The translations under genes were made by a program, and so were the position numbers. A stretch of DNA of 64,000 bases from Candidatus Latescibacterota bacterium (GTDB taxonomy: Bacteria > Latescibacterota > UBA2968 > UBA8231): NCBI GenBank assembly GCA_965203175.1, contig OZ241867.1:448001-512000 (forward strand), read 5' to 3'. Below the pieces are notes generated by a model. It was given only the letters and a program-made list of their open reading frames with translations, did no database searches and was not told where the DNA came from. This document shows positions 27,595-39,059 of the stretch, in pieces (position 1 is the stretch's first letter; each line of letters opens with the position of its first letter).

Positions 27595-29088
27595 TCAGGG
27601 TAGCTGCGTGCTGCCCATCAGATAGCGGTCCACCTCGCGGGCGGCACCCCGCCCCTCGTTGATCGCCCACACGACCAAACTCTGGCCGCGCCGCATGTCG
27701 CCAGCGGCGAAAACGCCTTCGACGCTAGTGGCGTATTTCTCGTACGCAGCGCGGGCGTTGGAGCGCTCATCGCGCTCGATGCCTAGCTGTTCGAGCATTG
27801 CGTCCTCTGGCCCGCGAAACCCCATCGCCAATAGCACCAAGTCGGCCGGCCAGACCTTCTCGGTGCCCTCGATCGGCACGGGCGTGAAGCGGCCATTTTC
27901 ATCCTTGTCCCACTCGATATTGACCGTGTGTAACTCCTTGACGCGGCCCTCGTCGTCGCCGACGAACCGCTGGGTCATAATCAGATACGTGCGCGGATCG
28001 TCGCCGAAGCGGGCTTTGGCTTCCTCTTGGCCGTAGTCGAGCTTATAGACGTTGGGCCACTGCGGCCAGGGGTTGTTGGGCGCGCGCTCGTCCGGCGGCC
28101 GTGGCATGATCTCGAATTGCGAGAGCGTCTTGCATTCGTGGCGCATTGACGTGCCGACGCAGTCGGTGCCGGTGTCGCCGCCGCCGATGACAATCACGTG
28201 CTTGTTCTTGGCCGAGATGTAGTTGCCGTCCGCGTGATTGGAGTCGAGCAGGCTCTTGGTGTTGGCGTGCAAAAAGTTCATCGCAAAGTAGATGCCCTGC
28301 AGATCCCGCCCCTCAATCGGCAGATCGTTGGGCTTGGTGGCCCCGCCGCAGAGCACTAGCGCGTCATTTTCTTCCACTAGCTGCGTCGCCGGGAGATCCA
28401 CGCCGATCTCAGTGCGAGTGACGAACTTGACGCCCTCGGCCTCCATGAGGTCGATCCGGCGTTGTACCACCTTTTTCTTGTCGAGCTTCATGTTGGGTAT
28501 CCCGTACATCAGCAGACCGCCGATGCGATCGGCCCGCTCGTACACGGTCACCCAGTGGCCGGCGCGATTGAGCTGGGCGGCACAGGCCAAACCCGCGGGG
28601 CCTGAGCCGACGACGGCGACCTTCCTGCCGGTGCGCTTATCGGGCGGCTCGGGCACAACCCAGCCCATCTCAAAGCCCTTATCGACAATGGCGCACTCGA
28701 CGCTCTTGATCGTCACCGGCGGGGCGTTGATCCCCACCACGCAGGCCCCCTCGCAGGGTGCCGGGCAAACCCGGCCAGTAAACTCCGGGAAGTTGTTGGT
28801 CTTGTGCAGTCGCTCTAGCGCTTCCTGCCACAACCCGCGATAGACTAAGTCGTTCCATTCGGGGATCAGGTTGTTGATCGGGCAGCCAGATCCTTTGTCG
28901 CCCTGACTGACGATGTCGCCCAAGTGGCAAAAGGGGATGCCGCAGTCCATACAGCGCGCGCCCTGATCGCGCAGGCGCTCGTCGGGGAAATGCTCGTGGA
29001 ACTCGTCCCAGTCCGCGACGCGCTCTAATGGATCGCGGTCTTGCGGCAACTCGCGTGCAAATTCGATGAATCCAGTGGGTTTACCCAT
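27595..29088 (-). CDS. gltD: Glutamate synthase small subunit
   Basis: MGKPTGF start, [41 protein letters not shown]. Confidence 0.97.
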   Translation of the reverse strand: MGKPTGFIEFARELPQDRDPLERVADWDEFHEHFPDERLRDQGARCMDCGIPFCHLGDIVSQGDKGSGCPINNLIPEWNDLVYRGLWQEALERLHKTNNFPEFTGRVCPAPCEGACVVGINAPPVTIKSVECAIVDKGFEMGWVVPEPPDKRTGRKVAVVGSGPAGLACAAQLNRAGHWVTVYERADRIGGLLMYGIPNMKLDKKKVVQRRIDLMEAEGVKFVTRTEIGVDLPATQLVEENDALVLCGGATKPNDLPIEGRDLQGIYFAMNFLHANTKSLLDSNHADGNYISAKNKHVIVIGGGDTGTDCVGTSMRHECKTLSQFEIMPRPPDERAPNNPWPQWPNVYKLDYGQEEAKARFGDDPRTYLIMTQRFVGDDEGRVKELHTVNIEWDKDENGRFTPVPIEGTEKVWPADLVLLAMGFRGPEDAMLEQLGIERDERSNARAAYEKYATSVEGVFAAGDMRRGQSLVVWAINEGRGAAREVDRYLMGSTQLP

Positions 29089-29102
29089 TGATTTTTTCCT
29101 GT

Positions 29103-32100
29103 TTAGGACGCTTCGGCCATGGCCTCGCGAAAGGCGACCAGCGCGGCCTCGTCGCCGGTCAACCCGCGTTCTTCGACTCGCTTGAAGGCGTTGAGCATCT
29201 TGCGGTAATCGCGCGGCATGACCTTGACGAACCGGGGCAGCACCGCATCCCACTGGGCCAAGATCCGCTGGCCCAGTGCGCTGTTGGTGTGCTGCACGTG
29301 GCGCTCGATCATGGTCCGCAGCTCGGCGATATCCTCGGCGTCCTCTACCGGCCCCATGTCGGCCATTTCGTCGTTGAAGCGGATCGCAAAGTCGCCCTCT
29401 TCGTCGAGCACGTAGGCAATGCCGCCCGACATCCCAGCGCCGAAATTGCGGCCCGTGCTGCCCAGCACCACGACCCGCCCGCCGGTCATGTACTCGCAAC
29501 CGTGGTCGCCGACGCCCTCTACTACGGCGTGGACTCCGCTGTTGCGCACGCAGAAGCGCTCGCCAGCAATGCCGTGGATATAGGCTTCGCCGGAGGTAGC
29601 GCCATAGAAGGCGACGTTGCCGCAAATGATGTTCTCCCACGGCACGAAGGTAGAGCCTTTGGGCGGATAGAGCACCAGCTTGGCACCCGAAAGCCCTTTG
29701 CCAAAGTAGTCGTTGGCGTCGCCTTCGACTTCCATAGTCAGGCCCTTAGGAGTAAAGGCGGCAAAGCTCTGGCCAGCGGCACCTGTAAACTTGAGGCGGA
29801 TAGTGTCCTCAGGCAGGCCCTCGGGGCCATAGCGCCTAGTCACCTCGCTGCCGAGGATGGTGCCTGTGACTCGGTTGGTATTTTCGATTGGCAACTCCGC
29901 CGCGACTGGTTCGCCGCTTTCAAGGGCCGGTTTGCACAACTCCAGCAAGGTGGTGTTGTCGAGCGCCTCGTCCAGCCCGTGATCCTGTGGAATCTGGCAG
30001 TAGCGCCCGACTTGGAGGCCGACCTCGGGCTGGTGCAAGATCGGCGTCAGATCAATGCCAGCCGTCTTCCACAACGCAATAGCCTTCTTGGGCTCGAGCC
30101 GGTCGGTGCGGCCAATCATCTCATTGACCGTGCGGAAGCCGAGCTCAGCCATGATCTCGCGCATGTCCTCGGCGACAAAGCGCAGGAAGTTGACCACGTG
30201 ATCGGGAGTGCCGGTGAACTTGGCGCGCAGTTCCGGATTTTGGGTCGCCACGCCCACCGGACAGGTGTCGAGATGACAGACCCGCATCATAATGCAGCCC
30301 ATCGCAACCAGCGCCGTGGTCGCGAAGCCGAATTCCTCGGCACCCAGCAACGCGGCGACAACTACGTCGCGCCCGGTTTTGAGCTGGCCGTCGGTCTCGA
30401 CGACGATGCGGCTGCGCAGGTCGTTGAGCACCAGCGTCTGATGCGTTTCGGCCAATCCCAGTTCCCAAGGCAGGCCCGCGTGCTTGATCGAGGTCTGCGG
30501 TGAGGCCCCGGTGCCGCCGTCGTGGCCCGAAATCAGCACCACATCCGCGTGTCCCTTGGCCACCCCAGCGGCGACGGTACCGACCCCGAACTCAGAGACC
30601 AGCTTGACGTTGATCCTCGCATCGACATTTGAATTTTTGAGATCGTGGATTAGCTGCGCCAAGTCCTCAATCGAGTAGATATCGTGGTGCGGCGGCGGCG
30701 AGATCAGCTCTACGCCTGGGGTCGAGTGGCGCACCTTGGCGATCCAGGGATAGACCTTGGGGCCGGGCAACTCGCCGCCCTCGCCCGGCTTGGCACCCTG
30801 AGCCATCTTGATTTGCAACTCTTTGGCCTGAGTCAAATAGTGACTCGTCACGCCAAAGCGCCCAGAGGCCACCTGCTTGATGGCACTGTTTTTGGAGTCG
30901 CCGTTGGGCTCGATCACGTAGCGGGCCGGATCTTCGCCGCCTTCGCCGGTATTGCTCTTGCCGCCGAGACGATTCATGGCGATGGCCAAATCTTCGTGCG
31001 CCTCCTTGCTAATCGAACCGTAGGACATCGCCCCGCTCTTGAAGCGCCGGGTGATCTCCTCGACCGGCTCGACTTCCTCGATGGGTATCGGCTCGGCATT
31101 GCCCTTGAACTCCAACAGGCTCCGCAAGGTCGCCAAGCGCTCGGACTGGTCGTTGATCAACTCGGCGTACTGCTTGTACACCGCGTAGTCGTTGGCGCGC
31201 GACGCCCGCTGCAGCAGGTGGATCGTCTTGGGGTTGAATAGGTGATGCTCGCCGCCCTTACGCCATTGGTAGTGACCGCCCACGTCGAGGGTGCGGCCGT
31301 TGGTCGGGATCTGGGGAAAGGCCGCCTCGTGGCGCGCTAGAGCCTCGCGGGCAATGTCCTCAATGCTCATGCCCTTCACTTGGGTCGTGGTCCAAGTGAA
31401 GTACTGATCTACCACTTCTTGGTTCAGCCCCACGGTCTCGAAAATCTGCGCGCCCCGATACGACTTGATCGTCGAGATGCCCATCTTGGCCATTACCTTG
31501 ACCGTGCCCTTGATCGCCGCGTAGATGTAGCGCTCCTCGGCTTCCTCATAGGTATAGCCTTCGAGCATGTTTTCGCGGATCATGTCGTTGAGACTCTCAA
31601 ACGCCATGTAGGGGTTGATCGCCTGAGCGCCATAGCCCAACAGCAGGCAGAAGTGATGCACCTCGCGCGGCTCGCCCGACTCGAGTGCCAAACCGACGCG
31701 AGTGCGAGTCTCTAGCCGCACCAAGTGATGATGCACCCCAGACACGGCCAACAGCGCCGGAATCGGCGCGTTATCAGCATCTACTCCCCGGTCCGAGAGG
31801 ATGATCAGGTTGCACCCCTCGGCGATGGCCGCATCGACCTTGGCGCACAGCGCGTCCATGGCCTTAGCGAGACCGGCCTCGCCATCCGCGCGCTTGAACA
31901 GAATCGGAATCGTCTCCGCCTTGTGGCCAGAGAGATTAACCTGCCGGAGCCTTTCCAACTCGTCGTTTTTGAGAATCGGCCGCTGCAAGGTGATCTGGCG
32001 ACAGCTTGCCGACTCGGGCACCAGCAAATTGCGCTCGGGGCCGATTTTGGTCTCGGCCGAGGTAATCAATTCCTCGCGCAACGGGTCGAGCGGGGGATTG

Positions 32101-33689
32101 GTTACCTGGGCAAAGTGCTGCTTGAAGTAGTTGTAGAGGAGCTGCGGTCGCTCCGACAGCGCCGCCAGCGCAGCGTCGTTGCCCATAGAGCCGACTGGAT
32201 CCTTGAGCACCTGGACCATCGGTTTGATGAAGATGCGCAGGTCCTCAAAAGTATAGCCGAAGGCCTGCTGCCAGTGGAGCACTTCCTCGTGGCTTTCCAA
32301 CAGGGGTGCGCCCTCAACTTCGGGCAGGTCCTCAAGCGCGACTAGATTGGCGTCGAGCCACGCCTGATATGGATGCTCCGTGGCGATCTGGTGCTTGATC
32401 TCCTCGTCGCTGATGATCCGGCCCTCCTCCGTGTCGATCAAAAGCATCCGGCCCGGTTGCAGCCGGCCTTTGAAGACCACGTCTTCCGGCGGAATACTCA
32501 GCACGCCCGTTTCCGAGGAGAGCACCAGAATATCGTCTTTGGCAATGTAGTAGCGCGAGGGCCTAAAGCCGTTGCGGTCGAGCATGCCGCCGACGACGAC
32601 ACCGTCGGTAAAGGCCACCGAGGCCGGTCCGTCCCACGGCTCCATCAGACAGCTATGGTACTCGTAAAAGGCCCGCTTCTCAGCGCTCATGGTCTCGTGG
32701 TTTTCCCATGGCTCGGGAATCATCATCATCACCGCGTGAGCCAACGAGCGCCCTCCCAAGGTCAGCAATTCGAGCGCATTGTCGAACTTGGCCGAATCAG
32801 AGCCATCTTCGTGGATGATGGGGAAGAGCTTGTCGATGTCATCGCCGAAGTGCTCGGACGCCAGCATTCCCTCGCGCGCGCGCATCCAGTTGCCGTTGCC
32901 GCGCACGGTGTTTATCTCGCCATTGTGGATGACGTAGCGATAGGGATGCGCCCGCTCCCAGCTCGGGAAGGTGTTGGTGCTAAAGCGCGAATGCACCAAC
33001 GCAATGGCCGCCTCAAAGCGCTCGTCGCTCAAGTCGGGGAAATAGTCCACGACTTGGTCGGAGATCAGCATGCCCTTATAGACGACGGTGCGGGAAGAGA
33101 GGCTGGCCGGATAGAAGAAGTCCCCACCGGCGACTTTGCCGCTGTAGCGAATCGCGTTTTCAGCGCGCTTGCGGATGACGTAGAGCTGGCGCTCAAAGGC
33201 CAGCGCGTCGTCGCCTTGTACCTCGCCGCGGCCGATAAAGACTTGGCGCTGAAACGGCTCGCGCAGCTTGGCGGTGTGGCCCAAGGCGGCGTTGTGGGTG
33301 GGCACGTCCCGCCAGCCGAGGATGCGCTGGCCTTCTTCCTCGACGATGCGGGCAAAGTGCTCCTCGCAAACTTGGCGCGGGGCGGGATCGGGCGGCAAAA
33401 ACAACATGCCCACTCCGTACTCGCCCGGCGCGGGCAACTCAAAGTCGCAGATGCCACTAAAGAACTTGTGGGGCAACTGCACCAACATGCCGGAACCATC
33501 GCCCGTGTTGGCCTCGCAACCGCAGGCACCTCGGTGCTTGAGATGCTCCAAGACCTCCAAGGATTGGCGCACCACCTTGTGCGACTTGTGGCCCTTGATG
33601 TTTACAACAAAGCCAATCCCGCAGGCGTCGCTTTCGCGGGCGGGGTCGTAAAGGCCCTGCTTTTGCGGGTATCCGGGTATCCGGGTCAT
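29103..33689 (-). CDS. gltB: Glutamate synthase large subunit
   Basis: [44 protein letters not shown]. Confidence 0.98.
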   Translation of the reverse strand: MTRIPGYPQKQGLYDPARESDACGIGFVVNIKGHKSHKVVRQSLEVLEHLKHRGACGCEANTGDGSGMLVQLPHKFFSGICDFELPAPGEYGVGMLFLPPDPAPRQVCEEHFARIVEEEGQRILGWRDVPTHNAALGHTAKLREPFQRQVFIGRGEVQGDDALAFERQLYVIRKRAENAIRYSGKVAGGDFFYPASLSSRTVVYKGMLISDQVVDYFPDLSDERFEAAIALVHSRFSTNTFPSWERAHPYRYVIHNGEINTVRGNGNWMRAREGMLASEHFGDDIDKLFPIIHEDGSDSAKFDNALELLTLGGRSLAHAVMMMIPEPWENHETMSAEKRAFYEYHSCLMEPWDGPASVAFTDGVVVGGMLDRNGFRPSRYYIAKDDILVLSSETGVLSIPPEDVVFKGRLQPGRMLLIDTEEGRIISDEEIKHQIATEHPYQAWLDANLVALEDLPEVEGAPLLESHEEVLHWQQAFGYTFEDLRIFIKPMVQVLKDPVGSMGNDAALAALSERPQLLYNYFKQHFAQVTNPPLDPLREELITSAETKIGPERNLLVPESASCRQITLQRPILKNDELERLRQVNLSGHKAETIPILFKRADGEAGLAKAMDALCAKVDAAIAEGCNLIILSDRGVDADNAPIPALLAVSGVHHHLVRLETRTRVGLALESGEPREVHHFCLLLGYGAQAINPYMAFESLNDMIRENMLEGYTYEEAEERYIYAAIKGTVKVMAKMGISTIKSYRGAQIFETVGLNQEVVDQYFTWTTTQVKGMSIEDIAREALARHEAAFPQIPTNGRTLDVGGHYQWRKGGEHHLFNPKTIHLLQRASRANDYAVYKQYAELINDQSERLATLRSLLEFKGNAEPIPIEEVEPVEEITRRFKSGAMSYGSISKEAHEDLAIAMNRLGGKSNTGEGGEDPARYVIEPNGDSKNSAIKQVASGRFGVTSHYLTQAKELQIKMAQGAKPGEGGELPGPKVYPWIAKVRHSTPGVELISPPPHHDIYSIEDLAQLIHDLKNSNVDARINVKLVSEFGVGTVAAGVAKGHADVVLISGHDGGTGASPQTSIKHAGLPWELGLAETHQTLVLNDLRSRIVVETDGQLKTGRDVVVAALLGAEEFGFATTALVAMGCIMMRVCHLDTCPVGVATQNPELRAKFTGTPDHVVNFLRFVAEDMREIMAELGFRTVNEMIGRTDRLEPKKAIALWKTAGIDLTPILHQPEVGLQVGRYCQIPQDHGLDEALDNTTLLELCKPALESGEPVAAELPIENTNRVTGTILGSEVTRRYGPEGLPEDTIRLKFTGAAGQSFAAFTPKGLTMEVEGDANDYFGKGLSGAKLVLYPPKGSTFVPWENIICGNVAFYGATSGEAYIHGIAGERFCVRNSGVHAVVEGVGDHGCEYMTGGRVVVLGSTGRNFGAGMSGGIAYVLDEEGDFAIRFNDEMADMGPVEDAEDIAELRTMIERHVQHTNSALGQRILAQWDAVLPRFVKVMPRDYRKMLNAFKRVEERGLTGDEAALVAFREAMAEAS

Positions 33690-33711
33690 TTTAATTTTCC
33701 CTTGCTCAATC

Positions 33712-33739
33712 TTCTAAAAAAGAAGTTCTAAAAAAGAAG
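33712..33739. repeat. Perfect 14-bp direct repeat (ttctaaaaaagaag x2) in the gltB leader
   Basis: Seen directly; each unit is also dyadic (ttct-aaaaa-agaa). Confidence 0.8.
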
Positions 33740-33743
33740 GTTT

Positions 33744-33771
33744 AATATATGAATTATGGCTACTTTGTCAA
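33744..33771 (-). promoter_or_regulatory. Putative sigma70 promoter of gltBD
   Basis: Minus strand TTGACA-N16-TATATT. Confidence 0.6.
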
Positions 33772-33812
33772 ACATCCTTACGCCAGTTTCCAGAACTTTC
33801 TTGAAACATCCC

Positions 33813-33842
33813 TTGACAGCACTGCTCTATATGGCCTAAATT
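33813..33842 (+). promoter_or_regulatory. Putative sigma70 promoter of the Lrp-like regulator
   Basis: TTGACA-N18-TAAATT. Confidence 0.5.
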
Positions 33843-33878
33843 GTGCTAACTTTCACTTTAAAATGGACAATTCAGGCC

Positions 33879-34454
33879 ATGAGATGTTTTGACGAACAAG
33901 AGCGGCAGATCGTCCGCGCCCTCATCCGCAACCCTCGCTGCTCGGACAACCGCATCAGCACCTTGACCGGCGTGCCGGTGCGCACCGTCAGCCGCAAGCG
34001 CGCCCGTCTCGAACAGGAAGACATCCTCTTCTATTACGCCGCGGTCGATATGCAGGCCCAAGGTACGGGCCGCTTCTCGACCCAGCACATGCTCACCATC
34101 AAGTTCAAATTGGGCATCACCCGCAGCCAGATCGTGCAGGAAATCCTCTCTGAACCCAATGTCGCCAACGTCTTCAGCGAGCTAATCCGCGACAGCTATA
34201 TCGCCGAAGTAGATGGCCACATCGCGTTGGTGATGGTCGTCGAAGGCGAGTCCGACAGCGATGTGGCCGAAAGTGTCCAGGGCAAGATCATTCCCTCGCT
34301 GCAAAAAAACCACGGCGAGGACTCAATCCAAGAGATGCAAACCATCCGCCTGTTGGACCCCATCAGGCGGCTGCACAACTATTTGCCCATGGTAAATACG
34401 CAGGCGGGTTTCATCGTGGAATCTTGGCCCGACGACGCTATTTTCGTCGAGTGA
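33879..34454 (+). CDS. Lrp/AsnC-like transcriptional regulator
   Basis: N-terminal HTH DEQERQIVRALIRNPRCSDNRIS...TVSRKRARLEQE; divergent from gltB. Confidence 0.75.
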   Translation: MRCFDEQERQIVRALIRNPRCSDNRISTLTGVPVRTVSRKRARLEQEDILFYYAAVDMQAQGTGRFSTQHMLTIKFKLGITRSQIVQEILSEPNVANVFSELIRDSYIAEVDGHIALVMVVEGESDSDVAESVQGKIIPSLQKNHGEDSIQEMQTIRLLDPIRRLHNYLPMVNTQAGFIVESWPDDAIFVE

Positions 34455-34459
34455 CAGCC

Positions 34460-35833
34460 CTATCCACTTTCCTTTACCGCGGCCACCAAATCCAACACCG
34501 CCTCTTTGGCGCTGCCAAAAAACATCAGTGCATTTTCCGCAGCAAAAAGCGGATTGGGCAGCCCGGCAAACCCCGGGCTCAGGCTTCGCTTAATCACCAC
34601 CACCGTGCGCGCATGATCTACGTCGAGGATCGGCATCCCGGCAATCGGCCCGGAATCCGCGTCGCGGGCGAGGGGATTGACCACATCGTTGGCACCGATG
34701 ATCAACGCCACATCGGTCTGTTGGAAGGTCGGGTTGATCCGATCCATCTCCACTAACTTGTCGTAGGGCACTTCGGCCTCGGCCAACAGCACGTTCATGT
34801 GGCCCGGCATCCGACCTGCCACCGGATGGATGGCGTATTCGACCTCGACGCCGCGCTCTTCGAGCAAATTGGCCAAGTCCCGCACAGCGTGTTGCGCTTG
34901 GGCCACGGCCATGCCGTAGCCAGGGACCACCACTACGCGCCGGGCCGTGTCAAACAGCAACGCGACTTCCTCGGCCGAGGTTGACTTGATCTTGCCGGCA
35001 TAAACCTCGTCATCGCTGGTTCCGCTTGCGACCTCGGCACCGACGCCGCCGAAGAACACATTGCCCAGCGAGCGGTTCATGGCTCGGCACATGATTTGCG
35101 TCAAAATCAGCCCCGAGGCCCCCACCAGTGACCCCGCGATAATCAGCACGTTGTTGTCGAGCACAAAGCCAGTAGCGGCCGCCGCTAGGCCCGAGCACGA
35201 ATTGAGCAAAGCAATCACCACCGGCATATCGGCTCCACCTATGGGCAATACGAGCAACAAACCCAACAGCGAAGCTGCGCAAACCATGGCCCAGAAGGCG
35301 TCCGGCTCGCCCAGCACCAGCCAAGCGCCTAAACCCATGCTACTGAGGGCTAGCAATCCGTTGCAAAACTGCTGACCGGGAAACCGGACCAAGCCCTTGA
35401 GCACTTCCATCAGCTTGAGAAAGGCCACGAAACTACCCCAGAAAGTCACCGCGCCGATGATCCCAGAAGCGGCCGTCGCGGCCGTGAATTGGTAGGAAGG
35501 AGCCTGCGCCTCAATCAGCGCCGCGCCAGCCACCAACGCGGAGGCACCGCCACCCAAGCCGTTAAAAACCGCCACCAGCTCGGGCATGGAGGTTATGGGC
35601 GTTTTTACCGCGAGAACCATGCCAATCAGCGCGCCGACGACTGCGCCGAGCAAAATGTATTCGCCGGAGAGGATCCGCTGATCCAGCAGGGTGACGACGA
35701 CGGCCAACAACATCCCCAAGGCACCCAGCAAGTTGCCGCGCACGGCCGTGCGCGGGTGCGTCAGCCCCTTGAGGCCGAGAATGAAGAGGACCGAAGCGAC
35801 CAAGTAGGCGAAGTTAATCAGGGTCGCGCTCAT
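34460..35833 (-). CDS. pntB: NAD(P) transhydrogenase beta subunit
   Basis: PIGGADMPVVI, PGYGMAVAQAQH, HPVAGRMPGHMNVLL. Confidence 0.97.
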   Translation of the reverse strand: MSATLINFAYLVASVLFILGLKGLTHPRTAVRGNLLGALGMLLAVVVTLLDQRILSGEYILLGAVVGALIGMVLAVKTPITSMPELVAVFNGLGGGASALVAGAALIEAQAPSYQFTAATAASGIIGAVTFWGSFVAFLKLMEVLKGLVRFPGQQFCNGLLALSSMGLGAWLVLGEPDAFWAMVCAASLLGLLLVLPIGGADMPVVIALLNSCSGLAAAATGFVLDNNVLIIAGSLVGASGLILTQIMCRAMNRSLGNVFFGGVGAEVASGTSDDEVYAGKIKSTSAEEVALLFDTARRVVVVPGYGMAVAQAQHAVRDLANLLEERGVEVEYAIHPVAGRMPGHMNVLLAEAEVPYDKLVEMDRINPTFQQTDVALIIGANDVVNPLARDADSGPIAGMPILDVDHARTVVVIKRSLSPGFAGLPNPLFAAENALMFFGSAKEAVLDLVAAVKESG

Positions 35834-35836
35834 GCG

Positions 35837-36118
35837 CTAGTCCCGCCTCCTGAACATCCCCAACATGCGGTGCGTCACCATGAACCCACCCACCACGTTG
35901 ATCGTGGCGAAGATGACAGCCGCCAACCCCAAATAGGTCGCCAAGGCCGAGTGCTCGGAACCGGCCGAGAGCAGCGCGCCGATCAGGGTGATGCCGGAGA
36001 TGGCATTGGACCCGGACATCAGCGGCGTGTGCAGAGTCGGCGGGATCTTAGTGATGATTTCAAAGCCGACGAAGACGGCTAGTGCAAATACCGTCAGCGC
36101 GGCCACTAGGACATCCAC
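35837..36118 (-). CDS. pntA: NAD(P) transhydrogenase alpha subunit part 2
   Basis: LHTPLMSGSNAISG, GGFMVTHRML. Confidence 0.95.
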   Translation of the reverse strand: MDVLVAALTVFALAVFVGFEIITKIPPTLHTPLMSGSNAISGITLIGALLSAGSEHSALATYLGLAAVIFATINVVGGFMVTHRMLGMFRRRD

Positions 36119-37266
36119 TATGCTGTTCCTTTGCGAATGCGCGGATGGACGATCTCACCGTCGCGCAACACCAAGGTCTCGCGCGTGATTTCGTCTTCCA
36201 TGTCGAATTGTAATTCCCCCTCGCCCGCCAGATGCCGGAAGAAGGTGGCGATGTTGTGCGAATACATTTGGCTGGCGTGGTGCGGCACGGTCGCCGGTAG
36301 ATTGAGTGGCCCCATGATCTGCACTCCGTCCTCTACGACTGTCTCCCCAGGGCGCGTCAGCTCGCAATTGCCGCCGCGCTCAGCGGCCAAATCGACGATG
36401 ACCGACCCCGGTCCCATGCTCTGCACGGCCGCGGCCGTAATCAACAAAGGTGCTGGTTGCCCCGGTATGGCGGCCGTGGTGATAATCACGTCGCTCTGGC
36501 CGGCGACCTTGGCCAGCTCCTCGCACTGGCGGCGATAGAACACTTCGTCTTGCGCCCGCGCGTACCCACCCGCGTCCTCGGAGTCGCCGGCATCGATGTC
36601 CAACTCCACGAACTCGGCCCCGAGGCTCTCGACCTGTTCTTTGACCGCTGGCCGCACATCGTACGCCCGAATGACCGCTCCTAGGCGGCGGGCAGTGGCA
36701 ATGGCCTGGAGACCGGCGACTCCAGCACCGACGACCAGCACCCGAGCCGGGGTCAACGTGCCAGCGGCTGTCATCAAAAGCGGAAACATGCGCGGCAGGG
36801 CCGCAGCGGCCAAAAGCACCGCTTTGTAGCCGGCGATCGTAGCCATAGACGAGAGCACATCCATGCTCTGCGCGCGGGTAATGCGCGGAATCAGTTCCAT
36901 AGCGAACAGGGTCGCTCCGACATCGGCCAGCGCAGCCAGCTCCGGACCAGCGGTCAGAGGATCCGAGGCCCCGATGAGAACTTGCCTAGAGCGGATCCGA
37001 GCCAAGTCGGCGCGGCCAGCCTCCGGGTTCGCGCCGAGCGTGCGCACTTGGAACACCACGTCGGCGCGCGCAAACACCTCGTCGCGGTCGGCGGCTATCT
37101 CCGCGCCGCGATCAGCATAGGCCGCATCGGCATAGCCGGCTGCGGCACCCGCGCCCGACTCTATTAGGATGTCCGCATTGCAGGCCGCCAACCCGGACAC
37201 AGCCTCCGGGACCAAGGCGACCCGATGCTCACCAGCGAAGGTCTCTCGTGCGATACCAACGATCAT
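36118..37266 (-). CDS. pntA: NAD(P) transhydrogenase alpha subunit part 1
   Basis: PRITRAQSMDVLSS, GAGVAGLQA, DLAAERGGNC. Confidence 0.95.
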   Translation of the reverse strand: MIVGIARETFAGEHRVALVPEAVSGLAACNADILIESGAGAAAGYADAAYADRGAEIAADRDEVFARADVVFQVRTLGANPEAGRADLARIRSRQVLIGASDPLTAGPELAALADVGATLFAMELIPRITRAQSMDVLSSMATIAGYKAVLLAAAALPRMFPLLMTAAGTLTPARVLVVGAGVAGLQAIATARRLGAVIRAYDVRPAVKEQVESLGAEFVELDIDAGDSEDAGGYARAQDEVFYRRQCEELAKVAGQSDVIITTAAIPGQPAPLLITAAAVQSMGPGSVIVDLAAERGGNCELTRPGETVVEDGVQIMGPLNLPATVPHHASQMYSHNIATFFRHLAGEGELQFDMEDEITRETLVLRDGEIVHPRIRKGTA

Positions 37267-37269
37267 TTC

Positions 37270-37560
37270 TCAGTGATGGGACACCAGCTTGTCGTGGTGT
37301 TTTTTGAGCTGGCTTTCGATCTTGGATTCTGCTTCGGCAAGAGCCTTGTAGAGATTGTCCGCCGCCCCTGTGGCCGCAAACGTGCGCTGCGGCACCTTGA
37401 CGATAATTTCCACTTTGTCGCCGTGCTTTTCCTTGTCGAGGACGACTTCGCAATCCACGATGCGGTCGAAGTAGTGTTCGAGTTTAGTACAAGAATCGGC
37501 AATGTGTGCTTTGGTTTCTGCTGAGATTTTGCCGTGGCGCATACTGATTCTAGGTTGCAT
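37270..37560 (-). CDS. hpf: Ribosome hibernation promoting factor / RaiA (short form)
   Basis: KLEHYFDRIVDCEVVL...VEIIVKVP...NLYKAL...KIESQLKKHHDKL pattern. Confidence 0.88.
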   Translation of the reverse strand: MQPRISMRHGKISAETKAHIADSCTKLEHYFDRIVDCEVVLDKEKHGDKVEIIVKVPQRTFAATGAADNLYKALAEAESKIESQLKKHHDKLVSHH

Positions 37561-37606
37561 CTCCTACTCCTTTCTTTTTAGACAAAATTTAATCGTCGGC
37601 CCGCAC

Positions 37607-38890
37607 TTAGGGCCGCTCGGCGAGCGGCTGATAGGTCCGCTGCACCGAGCCGGTGTAAATCTGGCGTGGACGGCTGATTTTGGTGGCCTTGCTCTCCTCG
37701 TACCAATGCGCGATCCAGCCCGGCATGCGGCCGATGGCGAAGATCACGGTGAACATCTCCTTGGGAATGCCGAGCGCGCGGAGAATGACGCCGCTGTAAA
37801 AATCCACGTTGGGATAGAGCCTACGCTGGATGAAGTACTCATCCCCCAGTGCCATAGCTTCCAGCTCTTTCGCTATGTCGAGCAGAGGGTCGTTGATGTG
37901 GAGCTTGGCCAACACTTTCTCGCAGCTCTTTTTGATGATCTTGGCGCGCGGGTCAAAGTTCTTGTACACCCGATGCCCGAACCCCATCAAGCGGATCCCG
38001 GCCTTCTTGTCCTTGACCTGAGCCACGTAATCGCCGACCGAAATGTTTTCGTCGCGGATTTTCTCCAGCATGTTCACCACGGCCACATTAGCCCCACCGT
38101 GCAGCGGCCCCCACAGGGCGGAGACGCCCGCCGCCACCGAGGCGAAGAGATTGGCCTCGCTGCTGCCGACCATCCGCACCGTGGAGGTGCTGCAATTTTG
38201 CTCGTGGTCGGCGTGGAGGAGGAAGATCAAATCCAGCGCATCAACCAGCGCTGGGTCCGCGTCAAACTCGTTGTACGGCTGGCTGAACATCATGTGCAAA
38301 AAATTCTCTGCGTACCGCTTCCTGGGGTGCGGGTACTCGATGTGGTGGCCCAGTTGCTGGCGGTGGGAATAGGCGGCAATGGTGCGAACCTTGGACATGA
38401 TGCGCGCGGCCGCTTCGGTGAAGGTCTCCTCGTCCTGGATTTCCAACAGCTCGGGATAGTAGCAGCTCAAGGCGTTGAGCACCGAGGACAAGACGGCCAT
38501 CGGCGGCGAGTTGGGAGGGAAGAGGCTGAAGTGTTGTTTTAACTCCTCGCGCAACATCTGGTGCTTGGTCAGCAGCTCGCTGAACTCGTCTAGTTGCGCC
38601 GCGTTGGGCAACTCGCCCCAGATCAGCAAATAAGCGACCTCAATAAAGCGGCTGTATTCAGCCAAATCCTCAATCGCGTAGCCCCGATAGCGCAGGATCC
38701 CCGCATCGCCGTCGATAAAGGTGATATCGCTCTGGCAAGAGCCCGTATTGCCGTAACCGGGATCTAGGGCAATATACCCGGTATCAGCGCGCAATTTGGC
38801 AATATCGACCGCCTTCTCGCCCTCGCTGCCGACGACGACGGGTAGCTCGACGCTCTGGTCCCCGGCCTGCAAGCGGACAGTTTCCGCCAT
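37607..38890 (-). CDS. gltA: Citrate synthase (type II)
   Basis: LHADHEQNCSTS, GPLHGGAN, GFGHRVYKN, LYPNVDFYSG. Confidence 0.97.
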   Translation of the reverse strand: MAETVRLQAGDQSVELPVVVGSEGEKAVDIAKLRADTGYIALDPGYGNTGSCQSDITFIDGDAGILRYRGYAIEDLAEYSRFIEVAYLLIWGELPNAAQLDEFSELLTKHQMLREELKQHFSLFPPNSPPMAVLSSVLNALSCYYPELLEIQDEETFTEAAARIMSKVRTIAAYSHRQQLGHHIEYPHPRKRYAENFLHMMFSQPYNEFDADPALVDALDLIFLLHADHEQNCSTSTVRMVGSSEANLFASVAAGVSALWGPLHGGANVAVVNMLEKIRDENISVGDYVAQVKDKKAGIRLMGFGHRVYKNFDPRAKIIKKSCEKVLAKLHINDPLLDIAKELEAMALGDEYFIQRRLYPNVDFYSGVILRALGIPKEMFTVIFAIGRMPGWIAHWYEESKATKISRPRQIYTGSVQRTYQPLAERP

Positions 38891-39059
38891 GTCTTGTTCT
38901 CCTTGATGTAACTCGGTCGCCGAGGGCGAAAAGGTGCCCTAAGCGATAGGTATGCCGTTTTTATCAGATAGTAGGCCCTAAAATTTGCACTGTCAATTGT
39001 CGCCGCTGCTTGCTGCAGGTGCTTGATTCCCGTGAAAATTAGGTGGCGACAACCGCTGT

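Noticed and set aside
27595-29640. 681-aa ORF suggesting an extended GltD or a GltB-GltD frameshift fusion
   Set aside because: The extension is an off-frame overlap of gltB; the canonical MGKPTGF start is at 29088
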